A DNA stretch of 64,000 nucleotides from an uncultured delta proteobacterium (GCA_963816145.1 CAWFJP010000001.1:32001-96000), one strand, 5' to 3'. Counted from the stretch's first letter, positions 1 to 11,018 are shown. Numbers and translations are program-made. The notes: generated by a model from the sequence alone, not told the origin.

Positions 1-1
1 G

Positions 2-406
2 AAGATCGCCAGCACCGGTTTTCCCATGGCCAGCGTCGGCAAATTTCCCAACGAACTGAGCGGCGGCATGCGCCGGCGCGCCGCCCTGGCGCGCGCCATG
101 GCCTTGGATCCGGAAATCCTGTTTCTCGATGAGCCGACCTCGGGGCTCGATCCGCTCAGCGCCGCCGGCTTCGACGAACTGATCCTGCAGCTGCGCGAAT
201 GGTTTCGTCTGACCATCGTCATCATCACCCATGATTTAGATTCTCTCTGGCGGATTGCCGATCGCGTCGCCGTCCTGGGCAATGGCAAAGTGTTGGGTCT
301 CGGCAGCATGAGCGAACTTTCCGCGTCGACCGATCCGATGATTCATGAGTATTTTTATGGGCCGCGCGGCCGCGCGGCCAGGGAGCAAGCATGGAACCGA
401 AAGTAA
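2..406 (+). CDS. mlaF: MlaF/Ttg2A-type ABC transporter ATP-binding protein (5' truncated by window)
   Basis: LSGGM signature, ILFLDEPTSGLDP Walker B/D-loop and ITHD H-loop; overlaps the start of the MCE gene. Confidence 0.9.
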   Translation, partial: KIASTGFPMASVGKFPNELSGGMRRRAALARAMALDPEILFLDEPTSGLDPLSAAGFDELILQLREWFRLTIVIITHDLDSLWRIADRVAVLGNGKVLGLGSMSELSASTDPMIHEYFYGPRGRAAREQAWNRK

Positions 407-1353
407 ACTTCACCCTGGTGGGTCTCTTCATCGCGCTGCTCGGCGCCGGATTGCTGGCGGGAGTTCTGTGGCTGAGCCAAACCGACTATCGCGGCGTTTA
501 CGACCGCTACTACACCTATATGGATGAATCGGTCACCGGTTTGAGCAACGATTCGTCGGTCAAATACCGCGGTGTGGACGTCGGCCGGGTCAAAGAATCC
601 ATTCTCAATCCGGATAATCCCGAGCAAGTTCGTATCGCGCTCGATATCGTGCGCGGCACACCGATCAAGGAAGACACAGTCGCCGTGCTGGAAACTCAAG
701 GGTTAACCGGAATAACCACGGTGAATTTAACCGGCGGCACGCGTGCTGCGCCGCTATTAAAAGCCAAGCCCGGTGAAAATTTTCCGGTAATAAAGAGCCA
801 ACCTTCTTTCTATGCGCAATTGAGCCGCAGCCTCGCGCGCCTCACGGCCAACGAACAGTTGCCGCAGTTGCTGGTCAGTCTTAATAACTTGACTCAGGAA
901 GCGCGCAGCTTGCTCGATGCCCAAAGCCGGGCGGATTTGAAGCGCACTTTTGCCGACCTCGCGCAGATCACCAAAGTGATCGCCGGCCGCCGGACGGAGC
1001 TGGCGGACAGCATCGTCAAAGCCGATGCCGCGCTGGATCGCTTCGCCGCCGTCGGCAAGAGACTCGATGAACGGCTGCCGGAAGTGCTGGATCAAACCAC
1101 AGCCACCGTGCGCGCGCTGCGTGAAATGACCAATGAAATCACCCGCGCCGGCGCGTCGTTTGGTTCCACCGTCGACGGCAGCCGTGCCGATATCGCGCAG
1201 TTCACCGGCCAGACCTTGCCTGAGACGGGTGTCTTGATTACGGAAGTGCGCCAGCTCACGGCAACCTTACAGCGGCTGGCCAGCGAACTGGAGCGCGAGC
1301 CCAGCGCTTTGGTCTTTGGCCGCGCTCGTCCGGCGCGCGGTCCCGGGGAGTAA
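391..1353 (+). CDS. mlaD: MlaD/MCE family substrate-binding protein
   Basis: N-terminal TM; MCE motifs ESVTGL..DSSVKYRGVDVGRV and QGLTG; long helical tail. Confidence 0.9.
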   Translation: MEPKVNFTLVGLFIALLGAGLLAGVLWLSQTDYRGVYDRYYTYMDESVTGLSNDSSVKYRGVDVGRVKESILNPDNPEQVRIALDIVRGTPIKEDTVAVLETQGLTGITTVNLTGGTRAAPLLKAKPGENFPVIKSQPSFYAQLSRSLARLTANEQLPQLLVSLNNLTQEARSLLDAQSRADLKRTFADLAQITKVIAGRRTELADSIVKADAALDRFAAVGKRLDERLPEVLDQTTATVRALREMTNEITRAGASFGSTVDGSRADIAQFTGQTLPETGVLITEVRQLTATLQRLASELEREPSALVFGRARPARGPGE

Positions 1354-1357
1354 CAAC

Positions 1358-1990
1358 ATGATTCATCAACATAGAATCTTAGGGACCGTTAGCCTCACGC
1401 TGCTCTTGATGATCGCTGCTTGCAGCTTAGGACCGACGGAAACCACCGCGCCGCGCAGCTATTTTCTCAACCCGGAGATTTCCTGGAAAAACCCGCATGG
1501 TTCCGGTGCGCGAATAGGCGCCTCAGTTCTCTTGATCACCCAACCCAAAGCACAGGCCGGTTTTGACACCGCGCGCATGGCCTATCTGCTGCGGCCCTAC
1601 GAAGTCAACCATTATGCCTTCAACCAGTGGGCCGACACGCCGGCGCGTCTGTTACACCAGGTTTTGGTCGAGAATCTCGATAAGACCGGCTCATGGCGCG
1701 CCGTACTTCAAACGCCTGGCATAGTGACGGCGGAGTATCGCCTGGATTGCGACAATCTGATCTTGGAGCAGCAGTTTTTCGCCAACCCGAGCCGCATCCG
1801 TCTCGCCCTGCGCGCCCAGCTCATCGAAACCAAGAAGCAGTCGATTCTCGCCAGCCGATATTTTGAGCTTTTCGAGTCCGCGCCGAGTGAAGACGCCTAC
1901 GGCGGCGTGCTCGCGGCGAATCAAGCCAGCGCGAAACTTCTCACTCAGATGGCCGAATGGTTGGACAACGCTTTACGCGAAACGAAGTGA
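1358..1990 (+). CDS. PqiC-like ABC transport auxiliary lipoprotein
   Basis: Lipobox IAAC, QWADTP motif, follows the MCE gene. Confidence 0.85.
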   Translation: MIHQHRILGTVSLTLLLMIAACSLGPTETTAPRSYFLNPEISWKNPHGSGARIGASVLLITQPKAQAGFDTARMAYLLRPYEVNHYAFNQWADTPARLLHQVLVENLDKTGSWRAVLQTPGIVTAEYRLDCDNLILEQQFFANPSRIRLALRAQLIETKKQSILASRYFELFESAPSEDAYGGVLAANQASAKLLTQMAEWLDNALRETK

Positions 1991-2439
1991 CCGAGCAAGC
2001 TTTTCTGCAGCACTTCGGCCCGCGATTCGCTGGTAATTTTGCGAGCATTCCATAATACTAGCCCCTAGTTTTATCCCAGGAACTCAAGCGCAAAGTTCTG
2101 ATTCAGAAGTTCAAAAGCCGCTGACTATGAGCGCTTCCAGGGGAATTTTTTTCCTGACTCTCCAGTGATTCCGCCTCGAACACGAGTCCGCCGCCCTTGG
2201 GAGGTTCTGCCCTGGGCAGGCGAAAATAGCTGAAGCTGTCATGGAAAAGACGAAGTAACCGATATCCACGAGTGATACCCTGCGAGCTGCTACCGAGTCG
2301 TCTATTGACGAATGGGAAAATACCAAGGCGCGGATCGCGCTTTGCGAAGTTGAAGATCCGCCTATTCAGTCAGGTATCCGGAACCGACGCTTCCCGCGGC
2401 AGGCTGGAGTATGTCGAAGCTACGTCGACTGTTATTTCA

Positions 2440-2530
2440 TTCATCCCTGCGCAAGCCAAAAATCCCGGTTATTTCACAATCAGACTGGAAACCAACCCGA
2501 ATACCGGCCGCAGTGGGACCCGGCATGGCG
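2440..2530. repeat. Degenerate REP-like doublet (GTCAT...ATGAC family)
   Basis: TCATCCCTGCGCAAGCC...ATCC and CCGGCATGGCG resemble the intact doublets at 62644 and 63127. Confidence 0.4.
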
Positions 2531-2591
2531 AACTTTTACTTCGTCTTATGCCGGGAGATTCCGACCATCCCCGCCTGAGCCATTAACTCAT

Positions 2592-2798
2592 TTAATGTAC
2601 GGTTTGCGGTTCCGTTGCATGACTTAGTTTTCTATGAGATTTCCGCTTCAGCACCGGTTCGTGATCGCGAATCTGATCCAACCTGGTTTGAAACCAAGTT
2701 CCCTTTGGCCAATCCCAATTTTGCTGCGGTAGATCGACTTCTTCGTAGCAGCCATCATTGACGGGACTTTGTAAAAAAACCGACTCCCAAGCGTTCAT
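2592..2798 (-). CDS. Small uncharacterised protein, 68 aa (MNAWESVFLQSPVNDGCY family, copy 1)
   Basis: AAGGAGG RBS, own sigma-54 motif, clear paralog at 18607-18810. Confidence 0.8.
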   Translation of the reverse strand: MNAWESVFLQSPVNDGCYEEVDLPQQNWDWPKGTWFQTRLDQIRDHEPVLKRKSHRKLSHATEPQTVH

Positions 2799-2847
2799 GA
2801 AATGATCCTCCTTAGAATTACCAACTGGCGTTGCTGACAATTCATCC

Positions 2848-2862
2848 GCAAAGGTAATGCCA
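2848..2862 (-). promoter_or_regulatory. Sigma-54 -24/-12 promoter
   Basis: TGGCA-TTACCT-TTGC. Confidence 0.8.
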
Positions 2863-2934
2863 AGGAGTTGCTAAGATCGAGCCGCAAGCAGTGAGCGCTT
2901 TTACTTGAATTGTGAAACTGTAGCTACTTTGAGT

Positions 2935-2979
2935 TTTCAGAGTTGCGATAATCCGCCGCTCCGCTCGCCACTTTTGAGA
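2935..2979. promoter_or_regulatory. Putative tandem upstream activator sites
   Basis: TTTCA-GAGT-TGCGA (2935) and CGCCA-CTTT-TGAGA (2966), 31 bp apart. Confidence 0.55.
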
Positions 2980-3262
2980 ATAGGCAAGTTTTTTTGAACT
3001 TATTGCTTGGTCTGGATTTGCGGCGAAGCGAGCAAAGAAGCCATTGGCGGAGAGAGGGGGACACTACGGACGGCAACATTAGGAAGGCGATTAATCGCCT
3101 AGCGCCGCTTGGGATAACGGTAGAAGCGCCGGTTAGCGTGCCGTTGTCATATCAGAGATGGTCAACCACAAAACGGTAATTACAGTGAAATGACGGGGGC
3201 GGGGAATCCCACCAAACAGACCCGGGAATCTAATTACGGATACGAGAGTCGCCTCGCACGAC

Positions 3263-4543
3263 TTAGAGAACTCCCGGCGCTCTCTCCGCTAACCGTTCTC
3301 GATCACGCAACCAGCCGATGCTCTCATCACGTGCGCGCTTGAAACGTTCAAGGAGCTTACCGGTCAGGGGTTCGACGCGGGGAATCTTCAGGTTCAAAAA
3401 ATTGACCTTTTGACCGCCCTGAAGAAATTCAAAGTGCAGGTGGGGTCCTGTGGCATGGCCCGTCTGCCCGACAAAGCCAATGACATCACCGGCGCTGACT
3501 TCCGCGCCTCTACGAATCCCGGGCGCAATAGCTGAGAAATGGCCATATCGGGAAGCGTAACCGCCAGGATGAGAAATTTCGACGAAGTTGCCATACCCGA
3601 GGCGCCAGCCACTGAACGACACTATTCCGCGACCGATGGCAACCACCGGCGTGCCGCTCGGTGCCGCGTAGTCAATGGCCTGATGGGGTCTGATAACCCG
3701 AAAGATCGGATGCGATCTCGATAGGGTGTACGGCGACGATATCCGAATGTAACTTAGCGGCGCGCGGAGAAAGGATCGGCGTAACTGTTTTCCTTCGCTA
3801 TCATAGTAATTACCGCGCCCCGGCTCCGGCGAGAAATAAAATGCCCGATGAACCTGACCGTCCGCCGCCAATTCGGCGGCGCGTATTTTTCGCGGCACGC
3901 GCCGCCCGTTGGCATAATGGAGTTCGTCGACGACGACCGAGAATGCGTCGCCCGGTTGAAAGTCAGAGAAGAAATCGATGTCGTATTCGAAAATGGCTGC
4001 CAGTTCCAAGATCTGCTCGGGAGACAATCCGGCGGCAAGCCCGTTTTCATAAAGGCTGCTCGAAATAGTATTGCGAATCACTCGTGTTACAGGAGTCCAA
4101 GGGATTTCTTCTCGCTCGACCGCCCAACCTTGAGGCGTAGTCTTAGCGCGCACGATGTTGTCGTCAAACGGCACTTCCATTTCGCGTACCGTTCGATTCT
4201 CCGGATCAACGACCAAATCAATATGATTTCCCGGACGGAGTTTTCTCAGATTCAAGACAGGGCGAACCTTGGCGAGGAGATCGTGAGCGGACGGCGGCTG
4301 GACTCCGTGCCGCATTAAGACCGTCAACAGCGTATCGCCGCGCTTGAGCTTTATCGCCAGTCGTTCAAAAGCACCCGGCTTCAAAGGCTCTACGCTCAAC
4401 GAGACCTGGGGTCGTGGAGGGTTTTCCGACAAAGGAACGCACCAAAGCAGCACGGCGAGACCCACGGCGAAATGGATCGCGCTGGCGATCGACGAACGAA
4501 CTGTGGAAAAAAAAGAACGCACGAAATATCGGAGATGTCGCAT
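3263..4543 (-). CDS. M23 family peptidoglycan DD-endopeptidase (MepM-like)
   Basis: HQAID and HATGPHLHFE zinc motifs; OapA/LysM-like N-terminal region. Confidence 0.9.
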   Translation of the reverse strand: MRHLRYFVRSFFSTVRSSIASAIHFAVGLAVLLWCVPLSENPPRPQVSLSVEPLKPGAFERLAIKLKRGDTLLTVLMRHGVQPPSAHDLLAKVRPVLNLRKLRPGNHIDLVVDPENRTVREMEVPFDDNIVRAKTTPQGWAVEREEIPWTPVTRVIRNTISSSLYENGLAAGLSPEQILELAAIFEYDIDFFSDFQPGDAFSVVVDELHYANGRRVPRKIRAAELAADGQVHRAFYFSPEPGRGNYYDSEGKQLRRSFLRAPLSYIRISSPYTLSRSHPIFRVIRPHQAIDYAAPSGTPVVAIGRGIVSFSGWRLGYGNFVEISHPGGYASRYGHFSAIAPGIRRGAEVSAGDVIGFVGQTGHATGPHLHFEFLQGGQKVNFLNLKIPRVEPLTGKLLERFKRARDESIGWLRDRERLAERAPGVL

Positions 4544-4735
4544 CGCTTGAATGACAACCTTATTCCGTTGCTTCTACAGCTTTGAATTCTTCAGTCAAGA
4601 CGATCGAGAATAATTTTTCGCCGCGATTGTATCCCCTCTGCGCGCTACGTAGCTCATCGATGCGGATTTAGTATTCACAGATAATACTGAAGTAGCGAAG
4701 CACCAAGTCGAGGATCAAAAACCGGGGTAATATCG

Positions 4736-7700
4736 TCAGTAACGTTTGTGCCAGATGAGATCAATGCCGCTGGTCCCTTCGCTGGTCGTCGAGCTTTCGA
4801 CTTTCCATTCAGGCGACATCTGATATTCGACCGTGGCTTTCTGACCTCTTTCGCCGGCGAGCTCTTGACTCAATGACACATAGGTTCGGCGGCCGATATA
4901 GCGGCCGTAGCCGATGCGACCGCCGCTGAAATCAAAATCGCCGAGATCGAATCCCAACGTATCGAGCCCGATCGCCTCGGCCACCGCCGAACCGATTTTC
5001 GCCGCGGCAAACCCGCTGGTAACATCAAGCGCATTCTGTTTGAGCGATAGCTGCTCGCCGCGACCCAGATCCTTCGTCGTTTTTCCGAACACCAACAGCG
5101 CCAAAATATCCGATTGGTCGAGGACCGGATCGCTGCGCAAGACCAGCGATGGCTTCTGTGCCGTGCCGCCGACCACGGCATCGACGGTGTACTGCGGCAA
5201 ACGATATTGCGCCACGATGTCCAGCGCCGGATCAACCTTGGCGCCTCCGATAAATCGAATATCACCGCGGACGAAGTCGAAGCGCCGGCCCTGAAAGGCC
5301 GCCCAACCTCGGATGATTTCGGTCAAGCCGACCAGTTGCAGCTCTTGGCCGGAGATTTTGGTCGCGCGCACTTGACCTCTGAGTTCGGCCACGGCATCGG
5401 GATGCCTGACCCAAACATTGCGCGCCATGCGCACTTCAAGATCCAGCGCGAGCTTTTTGAAAAGCTCGTCATCGCCCTGGCCGTTATTCGCGCTGTTCGG
5501 GGTCGTTTCCGCGCGCCGGCTGCCGTCCCGGTTAACCACCACTATGGTTTCATCGCGCTTGACCGGCGTCGAGCTCTGCTTCAGAGAAGCCAGGTCGGGG
5601 CGCAAGTTGGCTTCAATGATGTCGACTCTGCCGACCAACTTGGGCGCGCTGAGCGGCCCGGTCAATTCCACGTTGCCGCCGATTTGCGCCTGGTAGCGGC
5701 GCGTCTGGATTGCCGGCCAGCGCCGCGCCTCCAGGGCGAATTTGAGATTTTCAATTTGATACCGTTTCAACGACAACACGCCGCTGCCGGTGAGCCGCCC
5801 CTCGTCGGCGCGCGCCGAAAAATTTGCCATCGTCAACCGCTGCTGATCGAAGCTCACCTCGGTGCCGATCTCAGTCACCTCGACGTTGAGCGCGGTCAAT
5901 TTCAACTTGCCGCCGGTCAGGCGCAGCGAGCCGCTCAATCTGGGTTCCAAAAGCGCGCCGCGCGCCGTCACATCGAGGCTCACTTCGCCGCCGATATCAC
6001 GGACCTCTTTCGCCGCGTAGGCGTTCAAGAACGCCGCGCTCAAACCCGCCGACTTGATGCGCATATCGAGAGCGCCGGTCACCTCCGAGCGCCAACCGTC
6101 TTGCCAACTCAACAGCAGCGGCAGCTTGCCGGTCGCGTTGAGCGAATGATTGCTGTCCTGCTGCAACGTTAAACTGACATCGGCTTGGCGCTCGCGATAA
6201 CTTATCTCGGCGACCAGCCCCTGGTACTTTTGGTCGCCGAGGGTCGAGTCGGTCAGTTTCAGGTCGGCGCTGATCAATGGTGCAGCGGCACTGCCGCCGA
6301 CCTTGGCTTGCAGGGACATGAGACCGGCCATTTTCGTTTGCTTCGGCAATAACGCGGCGAGGGATTCGAGCGGCACGCGGTCAGCGGTCAAATTCAACGC
6401 CTGCGTGCCGCGCAGCGACACTTGACCGTCAAGCGTGGCTTGGCGCTCCTGATTGCGCAGAGTGAATCGCTCCACCCAAAACGTTTCGCCACGCTGGGTC
6501 AGCGTCGCGGGCTGGGCGAGATTCCAGTTGCCATCCGGCAAATTGAGCGAGAGCTGGTTGATGCGCGCGACTTTATCGGGCGCGCCAAAGTCGAGGCTGC
6601 CTTTGAACCGGTGCTCGCGGCTGAAAGAATCTTGCGCCCGCGCTTCGATCTGCATCTCTCCATGGGAAATTAATTTGATCGTGGCATCGAGTTTTTGCAG
6701 CTCAGCACCGGCCCGGAGGTCCGCCAGTCGGGCGACGATGTTGCCGGTGGGAATGGCTTCGCCGCGTTTATGCGCCAGGTCGAAATCAATGGCGCCGCTG
6801 CCGGCGCTGAAGCCGTCCAATTGCAAGCGCGACGCTTTCACTAAACCGCGTGCCGTCAGTTCGGCGAGATTTCCCTGGGCCGAGCCGGTCAAAGTCAGTG
6901 CTCCCGCGCCCTTGCGCCCCGCGAGCGCCAGCCATGGCGTCAAGTTTTCGCTGCGCAGGTCGTAGTCAAGCTTGCCCTGATGGTCGAGCGCCGTGCCGAG
7001 ATCCCCCTTGACGGTGATCGTCGAATCGGCGCTGCGCAGCGAAGCGCGGGCGATGCGAATCCGGCCATCGCCGTAAGCGGCGTCGAGCTCGCCGGCACGC
7101 ACTTGCACCGGACCGACCGTCGACGGCAAGACTTCCAAGTGCGCTTGTACCTTCATCTTGTCCAGCGCTAGACCCGAGCCTTGGACCTTGCCTTTGAAAC
7201 TGACCGCGCCGCGCGGCGCCTGCGCATCCGCGCTAACCTTATTGATATCGAGATTGTTCACCGCCAAATCGAACTCATAGCTCGGCGCCTGGGTTAACCT
7301 GACCCGGCCGCGCCAATCGGCACTGCCCAGATTCCCGCTGAGCGCTCCGTCAAGACTGGCCACGCCATCGCGCAGCAGCGCGTTCAGCCGCAGATCGCCC
7401 AGCGCCCGATCCTTCACTTGCAGCGCGCGCACCGCGAACACGCCGCTGGCATTGATCTGCGCCACGTCGAAACCCGCGCCCTCAACCTTGGCGTCGCCGT
7501 CGAGTACGCCGGCCCATTGCTTGGCGCCAAGCAGCGCGCGCGCATCGAATCCGGCAAGTTTAATGGTTCCTCGGAAACTTGGCGTTGGTGTCAAAACATT
7601 GACCGTCAATTTGCTGTCGAGCTTCGTTCCCGACGCTGCCAACTCCGCGGTCAGCGCGAGGGCGTCAAAAAGCCCTTTGGCCTCGATCTGACCGGTCACG

Positions 7701-8521
7701 GCTTTTTGCACCGGCCAGTCGGGCAAGAGCCGCGCGACATCGGCGGGCGCGAGAGAGTCGAGCGCCAAACGCGCATCGATCCGACTCTTGTCGAAACCCA
7801 CGAGTTGTCCGGAAAGTTTCAGTCTTGACGCTGCGGTCGCGATGCGCAGATCGTCAACCTTTATAGTCGGAAGCGAGCCGGCGTCTTGATACGCGAGGCT
7901 GCCTCTCAGCCCGAGCTCGGGCAGTTTGCCGGATTCGAGCCGCGCGCTGACCGCGCCGGCTTCGAACTCGATGCCCGTGGGCAAGATCGCCAGACGGCTC
8001 GCCACCGATAGGTTCTTCAGATGATAACGTTGCGGTGCGTCGCCCTCGAGGCGAATCTCCAGATCGCCGCCGCGCAGCGCCAAGGACTTGAGCAGAACCG
8101 TCCACTGCGCTTGCGACTCCGTGTCCGACGCAAGCGCCTCGGCGATATTCCAATCGCCATGCCGGTCGCGGACCACGCGAACCGCCGGCTCGGACGCGTC
8201 GGCTCGGGTGACTTGCAGCCGGCCGCGAAACAGCGGCAGTAAGGCGTAAGAAAGCTCCAATTGCGGGATATGTACGATCTCCGCATTTTGATAACGCAGC
8301 CGAACTTGGTGCAGCGTCACATTACCCCAAATCGAACCCTCGATGCGCTCCAGCGTAATCGACCCACGGATCGACGAATTGATGGCGGCGACCACCTGCT
8401 CGCGCACCATCTGGCGAAACGCTTCGGTGTTGCTGTAAATCCCGAGGCCGATAGCGAGCAGCAGGAGCAATAGTCCCAGCGCCAGAACGATGCGTCGCAA
8501 ATATGTGAACGTTCGAGCCAT
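4736..8521 (-). CDS. tamB: Translocation and assembly module protein TamB
   Basis: 1261 aa, N-terminal anchor, beta-rich repeats, DUF490-type C-terminus; downstream of an Omp85 gene. Confidence 0.85.
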   Translation of the reverse strand: MARTFTYLRRIVLALGLLLLLLAIGLGIYSNTEAFRQMVREQVVAAINSSIRGSITLERIEGSIWGNVTLHQVRLRYQNAEIVHIPQLELSYALLPLFRGRLQVTRADASEPAVRVVRDRHGDWNIAEALASDTESQAQWTVLLKSLALRGGDLEIRLEGDAPQRYHLKNLSVASRLAILPTGIEFEAGAVSARLESGKLPELGLRGSLAYQDAGSLPTIKVDDLRIATAASRLKLSGQLVGFDKSRIDARLALDSLAPADVARLLPDWPVQKAVTGQIEAKGLFDALALTAELAASGTKLDSKLTVNVLTPTPSFRGTIKLAGFDARALLGAKQWAGVLDGDAKVEGAGFDVAQINASGVFAVRALQVKDRALGDLRLNALLRDGVASLDGALSGNLGSADWRGRVRLTQAPSYEFDLAVNNLDINKVSADAQAPRGAVSFKGKVQGSGLALDKMKVQAHLEVLPSTVGPVQVRAGELDAAYGDGRIRIARASLRSADSTITVKGDLGTALDHQGKLDYDLRSENLTPWLALAGRKGAGALTLTGSAQGNLAELTARGLVKASRLQLDGFSAGSGAIDFDLAHKRGEAIPTGNIVARLADLRAGAELQKLDATIKLISHGEMQIEARAQDSFSREHRFKGSLDFGAPDKVARINQLSLNLPDGNWNLAQPATLTQRGETFWVERFTLRNQERQATLDGQVSLRGTQALNLTADRVPLESLAALLPKQTKMAGLMSLQAKVGGSAAAPLISADLKLTDSTLGDQKYQGLVAEISYRERQADVSLTLQQDSNHSLNATGKLPLLLSWQDGWRSEVTGALDMRIKSAGLSAAFLNAYAAKEVRDIGGEVSLDVTARGALLEPRLSGSLRLTGGKLKLTALNVEVTEIGTEVSFDQQRLTMANFSARADEGRLTGSGVLSLKRYQIENLKFALEARRWPAIQTRRYQAQIGGNVELTGPLSAPKLVGRVDIIEANLRPDLASLKQSSTPVKRDETIVVVNRDGSRRAETTPNSANNGQGDDELFKKLALDLEVRMARNVWVRHPDAVAELRGQVRATKISGQELQLVGLTEIIRGWAAFQGRRFDFVRGDIRFIGGAKVDPALDIVAQYRLPQYTVDAVVGGTAQKPSLVLRSDPVLDQSDILALLVFGKTTKDLGRGEQLSLKQNALDVTSGFAAAKIGSAVAEAIGLDTLGFDLGDFDFSGGRIGYGRYIGRRTYVSLSQELAGERGQKATVEYQMSPEWKVESSTTSEGTSGIDLIWHKRY

Positions 8522-8524
8522 GAT

Positions 8525-10351
8525 CTAAAAGAACGCGCCGATGCTAAAATGAATCTGCCAGGGTTTATCCTTCGGCGGCTTTTGAAATGGAAAGCCAACA
8601 TCCAAGCGCACCGGCCCCACCGGCGTCTTGTAACTTAACCCGAATCCCGCAGAGAAATTAAGATTGAAGATATGCGCATCGAAGGGCCGCAGCGCCAATT
8701 GGCCAAAGTCGACAAACAGAGCGCCGCCGATTTCTTTCCAGATTGGCCGCCGCAGCTCAATGGAGCCTTCGAGTAAACTCAAGCCACCCAGCGGATCATC
8801 GCTGGCGCTCAAAGGACCGAGCCGGCGCCGGCCGTAACCGCGCACGCTGTTTGCGCCGCCGGCGTAGAACCGCTCGAAGATGGGAAAACGATCTTGAGCG
8901 CCGAGCGCGTCGCCAAGACCCAGTTTCAAACGGGCCGCGAACACCGTGTCCCAGCCGATCTCGTAGTACCGCTTCGCTTCGCCGGTGATCTTGAAGAATC
9001 GATAGGCACCGCCCCAAATGACGCCCGCTTGCTCAAGCAGCAACGAAAGAATCGCACCTTTCTTGGGGTCGAACGGACTATCGGTCGTATTCCAGACGAC
9101 TCCCATCGCCGGCCCGAATACCCCGCCTTCTTTGCGCACATCGCCCAGCGCGCGTTCAGTAGCCGGAGCGATGTCGAAGAGATTGTCGTACTCGGCTCGA
9201 AAACCGAGAAAGCCGCTCAGGGTCGGCGAGAACCGGTGATCGACTCTGGGAGCAAAACGGCTGAAATTCCGGTCAAAAGTTTCTTCTTTCTGCTGTTCAT
9301 ACTTAAACGGCAGCACCGCCTTGGTCAGGGGTGTGAGAAAATGCGGTTGAATCAGCTCCGCCGTGGCGCTGGCGGCGATCGAGGAATACGCGCCCTGCAA
9401 CACGACTTGCCTGCCGCCACCGAACCAATTGAGATGGCGCCATTGCAGCTGTCCGCGAAATTCCTCTTCAGTGTTGTAGCCCACGCCGATCCTGATTTCC
9501 CGGTAGGGTTTCTCCATGACCTCGACAGCGATCGGCACCGCCGTTGGTTTGCCGCTCGTGGGCGCGGGGCCGATAGTCACGCTGCTAAAAAGATCGAGGC
9601 TCAGGATCTTGGCCCGTGTCGCGGCGATCTTCTCGGATGAAAAGCGTTCACCGCTACGGTAGGCCAGCTCCCGTTCGATCAGGCTGCGATCGACGCGGTC
9701 CAAGCCGCGAATCTCGGTGTCGCCAAACACCGTCGTCGGGCCGGGTGCGATCGTATAGCCGATCTTAACCTTTCGCTCCTCAATATCGACCTCGGCCTTG
9801 CGCGTCGTTTCGACATAGGCGAATCCACCGCGCAAGAACACGTCGCGCAACCGTTCCTCGGCCAGTTGATAATCGGACTCGCGAAACACGCCGCCGCTTT
9901 TCACCGGCAGTGTCTCCGGCAATGCCGGCCGCTCGCTCGGCGCCAAATCGCCGACCACCGCCACATCGACCGCAGAAATGATTACCGGCTGGGTTTCCTT
10001 GATGCGAATCTCCAGGGTTACACGATCGTTGTCTTCGTCAACGGCGATATCATGGTCGATCGCGATATCGTAATAACCGCGCGCTTCGTAATAGCGCCGC
10101 AGCCGCTCGAGGTCGCTTTCAAAAGTCACCGGATCGAACGTCGGTCGCTCGCCCCAAAACAGGTACCAAGGCCGCTCTTTGGTCAAAAGCTCGGCGCGCA
10201 AGTCATCCCCAGTGATTAGTTTATTGCCCAACAGGTTGATTTTCTCGACCCGCCATTCCCTGTTGTAGTCGAGCGCATCGAGCGTAATGGCGTACACAGG
10301 ACTCACCCATCCGACCCACGCGGCTAAAATACCTATGACAAGTCGTGCCAA
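8525..10351 (-). CDS. tamA: Omp85 family outer membrane protein TamA/BamA-like
   Basis: POTRA-like repeats, FYAGGANSVRGY motif, TPVGPVRLD, C-terminal Phe. Confidence 0.85.
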   Translation of the reverse strand: MARLVIGILAAWVGWVSPVYAITLDALDYNREWRVEKINLLGNKLITGDDLRAELLTKERPWYLFWGERPTFDPVTFESDLERLRRYYEARGYYDIAIDHDIAVDEDNDRVTLEIRIKETQPVIISAVDVAVVGDLAPSERPALPETLPVKSGGVFRESDYQLAEERLRDVFLRGGFAYVETTRKAEVDIEERKVKIGYTIAPGPTTVFGDTEIRGLDRVDRSLIERELAYRSGERFSSEKIAATRAKILSLDLFSSVTIGPAPTSGKPTAVPIAVEVMEKPYREIRIGVGYNTEEEFRGQLQWRHLNWFGGGRQVVLQGAYSSIAASATAELIQPHFLTPLTKAVLPFKYEQQKEETFDRNFSRFAPRVDHRFSPTLSGFLGFRAEYDNLFDIAPATERALGDVRKEGGVFGPAMGVVWNTTDSPFDPKKGAILSLLLEQAGVIWGGAYRFFKITGEAKRYYEIGWDTVFAARLKLGLGDALGAQDRFPIFERFYAGGANSVRGYGRRRLGPLSASDDPLGGLSLLEGSIELRRPIWKEIGGALFVDFGQLALRPFDAHIFNLNFSAGFGLSYKTPVGPVRLDVGFPFQKPPKDKPWQIHFSIGAFF

Positions 10352-11018
10352 AAATCGTTTCGCTCCTTCAGACGTCGCCGCGGGCGTAAAACCTTCAACC
10401 CGACGATGCTAACGATCCTAGCAAGCGACTTTAGCAATTCCAACGACATATCGAATGACCTATTACGATGCGAGACGTCGATCGCGATCTGGTTCGCTTC
10501 TTGTAGAAACTCGGAGAAACTACTTCGTGCGAGCAAAGTTCTAACGACGGACGCGCTTATACGAATAGACTCCGAACGATTTTACGCCGTTCGATTTCAC
10601 AAATCTCGCTGCAGCCCTGGCTACAGCGCGGGAAAAACCCCATACGGTGAAAAAACCGACCAGGAGACCGCCCGCCCGCCGCATGAACAACCACGTCGGT
10701 ACCTGCCGCGTGTTTTAGACAACCTCGCCAGAGCCGTTGGCCAGACACGGATTAGATTTTGTCTAAAATAAATGGCGATCGTTACGGAGCTTGGTTCGAT
10801 GTTACGCAAAATCAGCCAGTGTCTTGGTTAACTTTTGATGTGAGATTCCAACCCACTCTGCAATACCTTCCTGGATGTTTTAGACGCAACAATCATGCCT
10901 CAGCCTCCTACCAAGCCTATTCTCAACTTCAACAGTTCGAAAGCTGCGTGTTCACAGCAGGGAGCATTGCCAAGCGAAATAAGTGTCTGCTCATTGCCCG
11001 TCGCGGTTCACACCGATG

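Noticed and set aside
5114-6172. 352-aa ORF and many similar long antisense ORFs
   Set aside because: Shadow frames of GC-rich genes on the opposite strand.
10621-10972. AGGAGG RBS, 22-codon ORF at 10896 and a sigma-54-like motif on the minus strand
   Set aside because: The motif spacer is one base too long, the ORF stops early and the read-through product resembles nothing I recognise.
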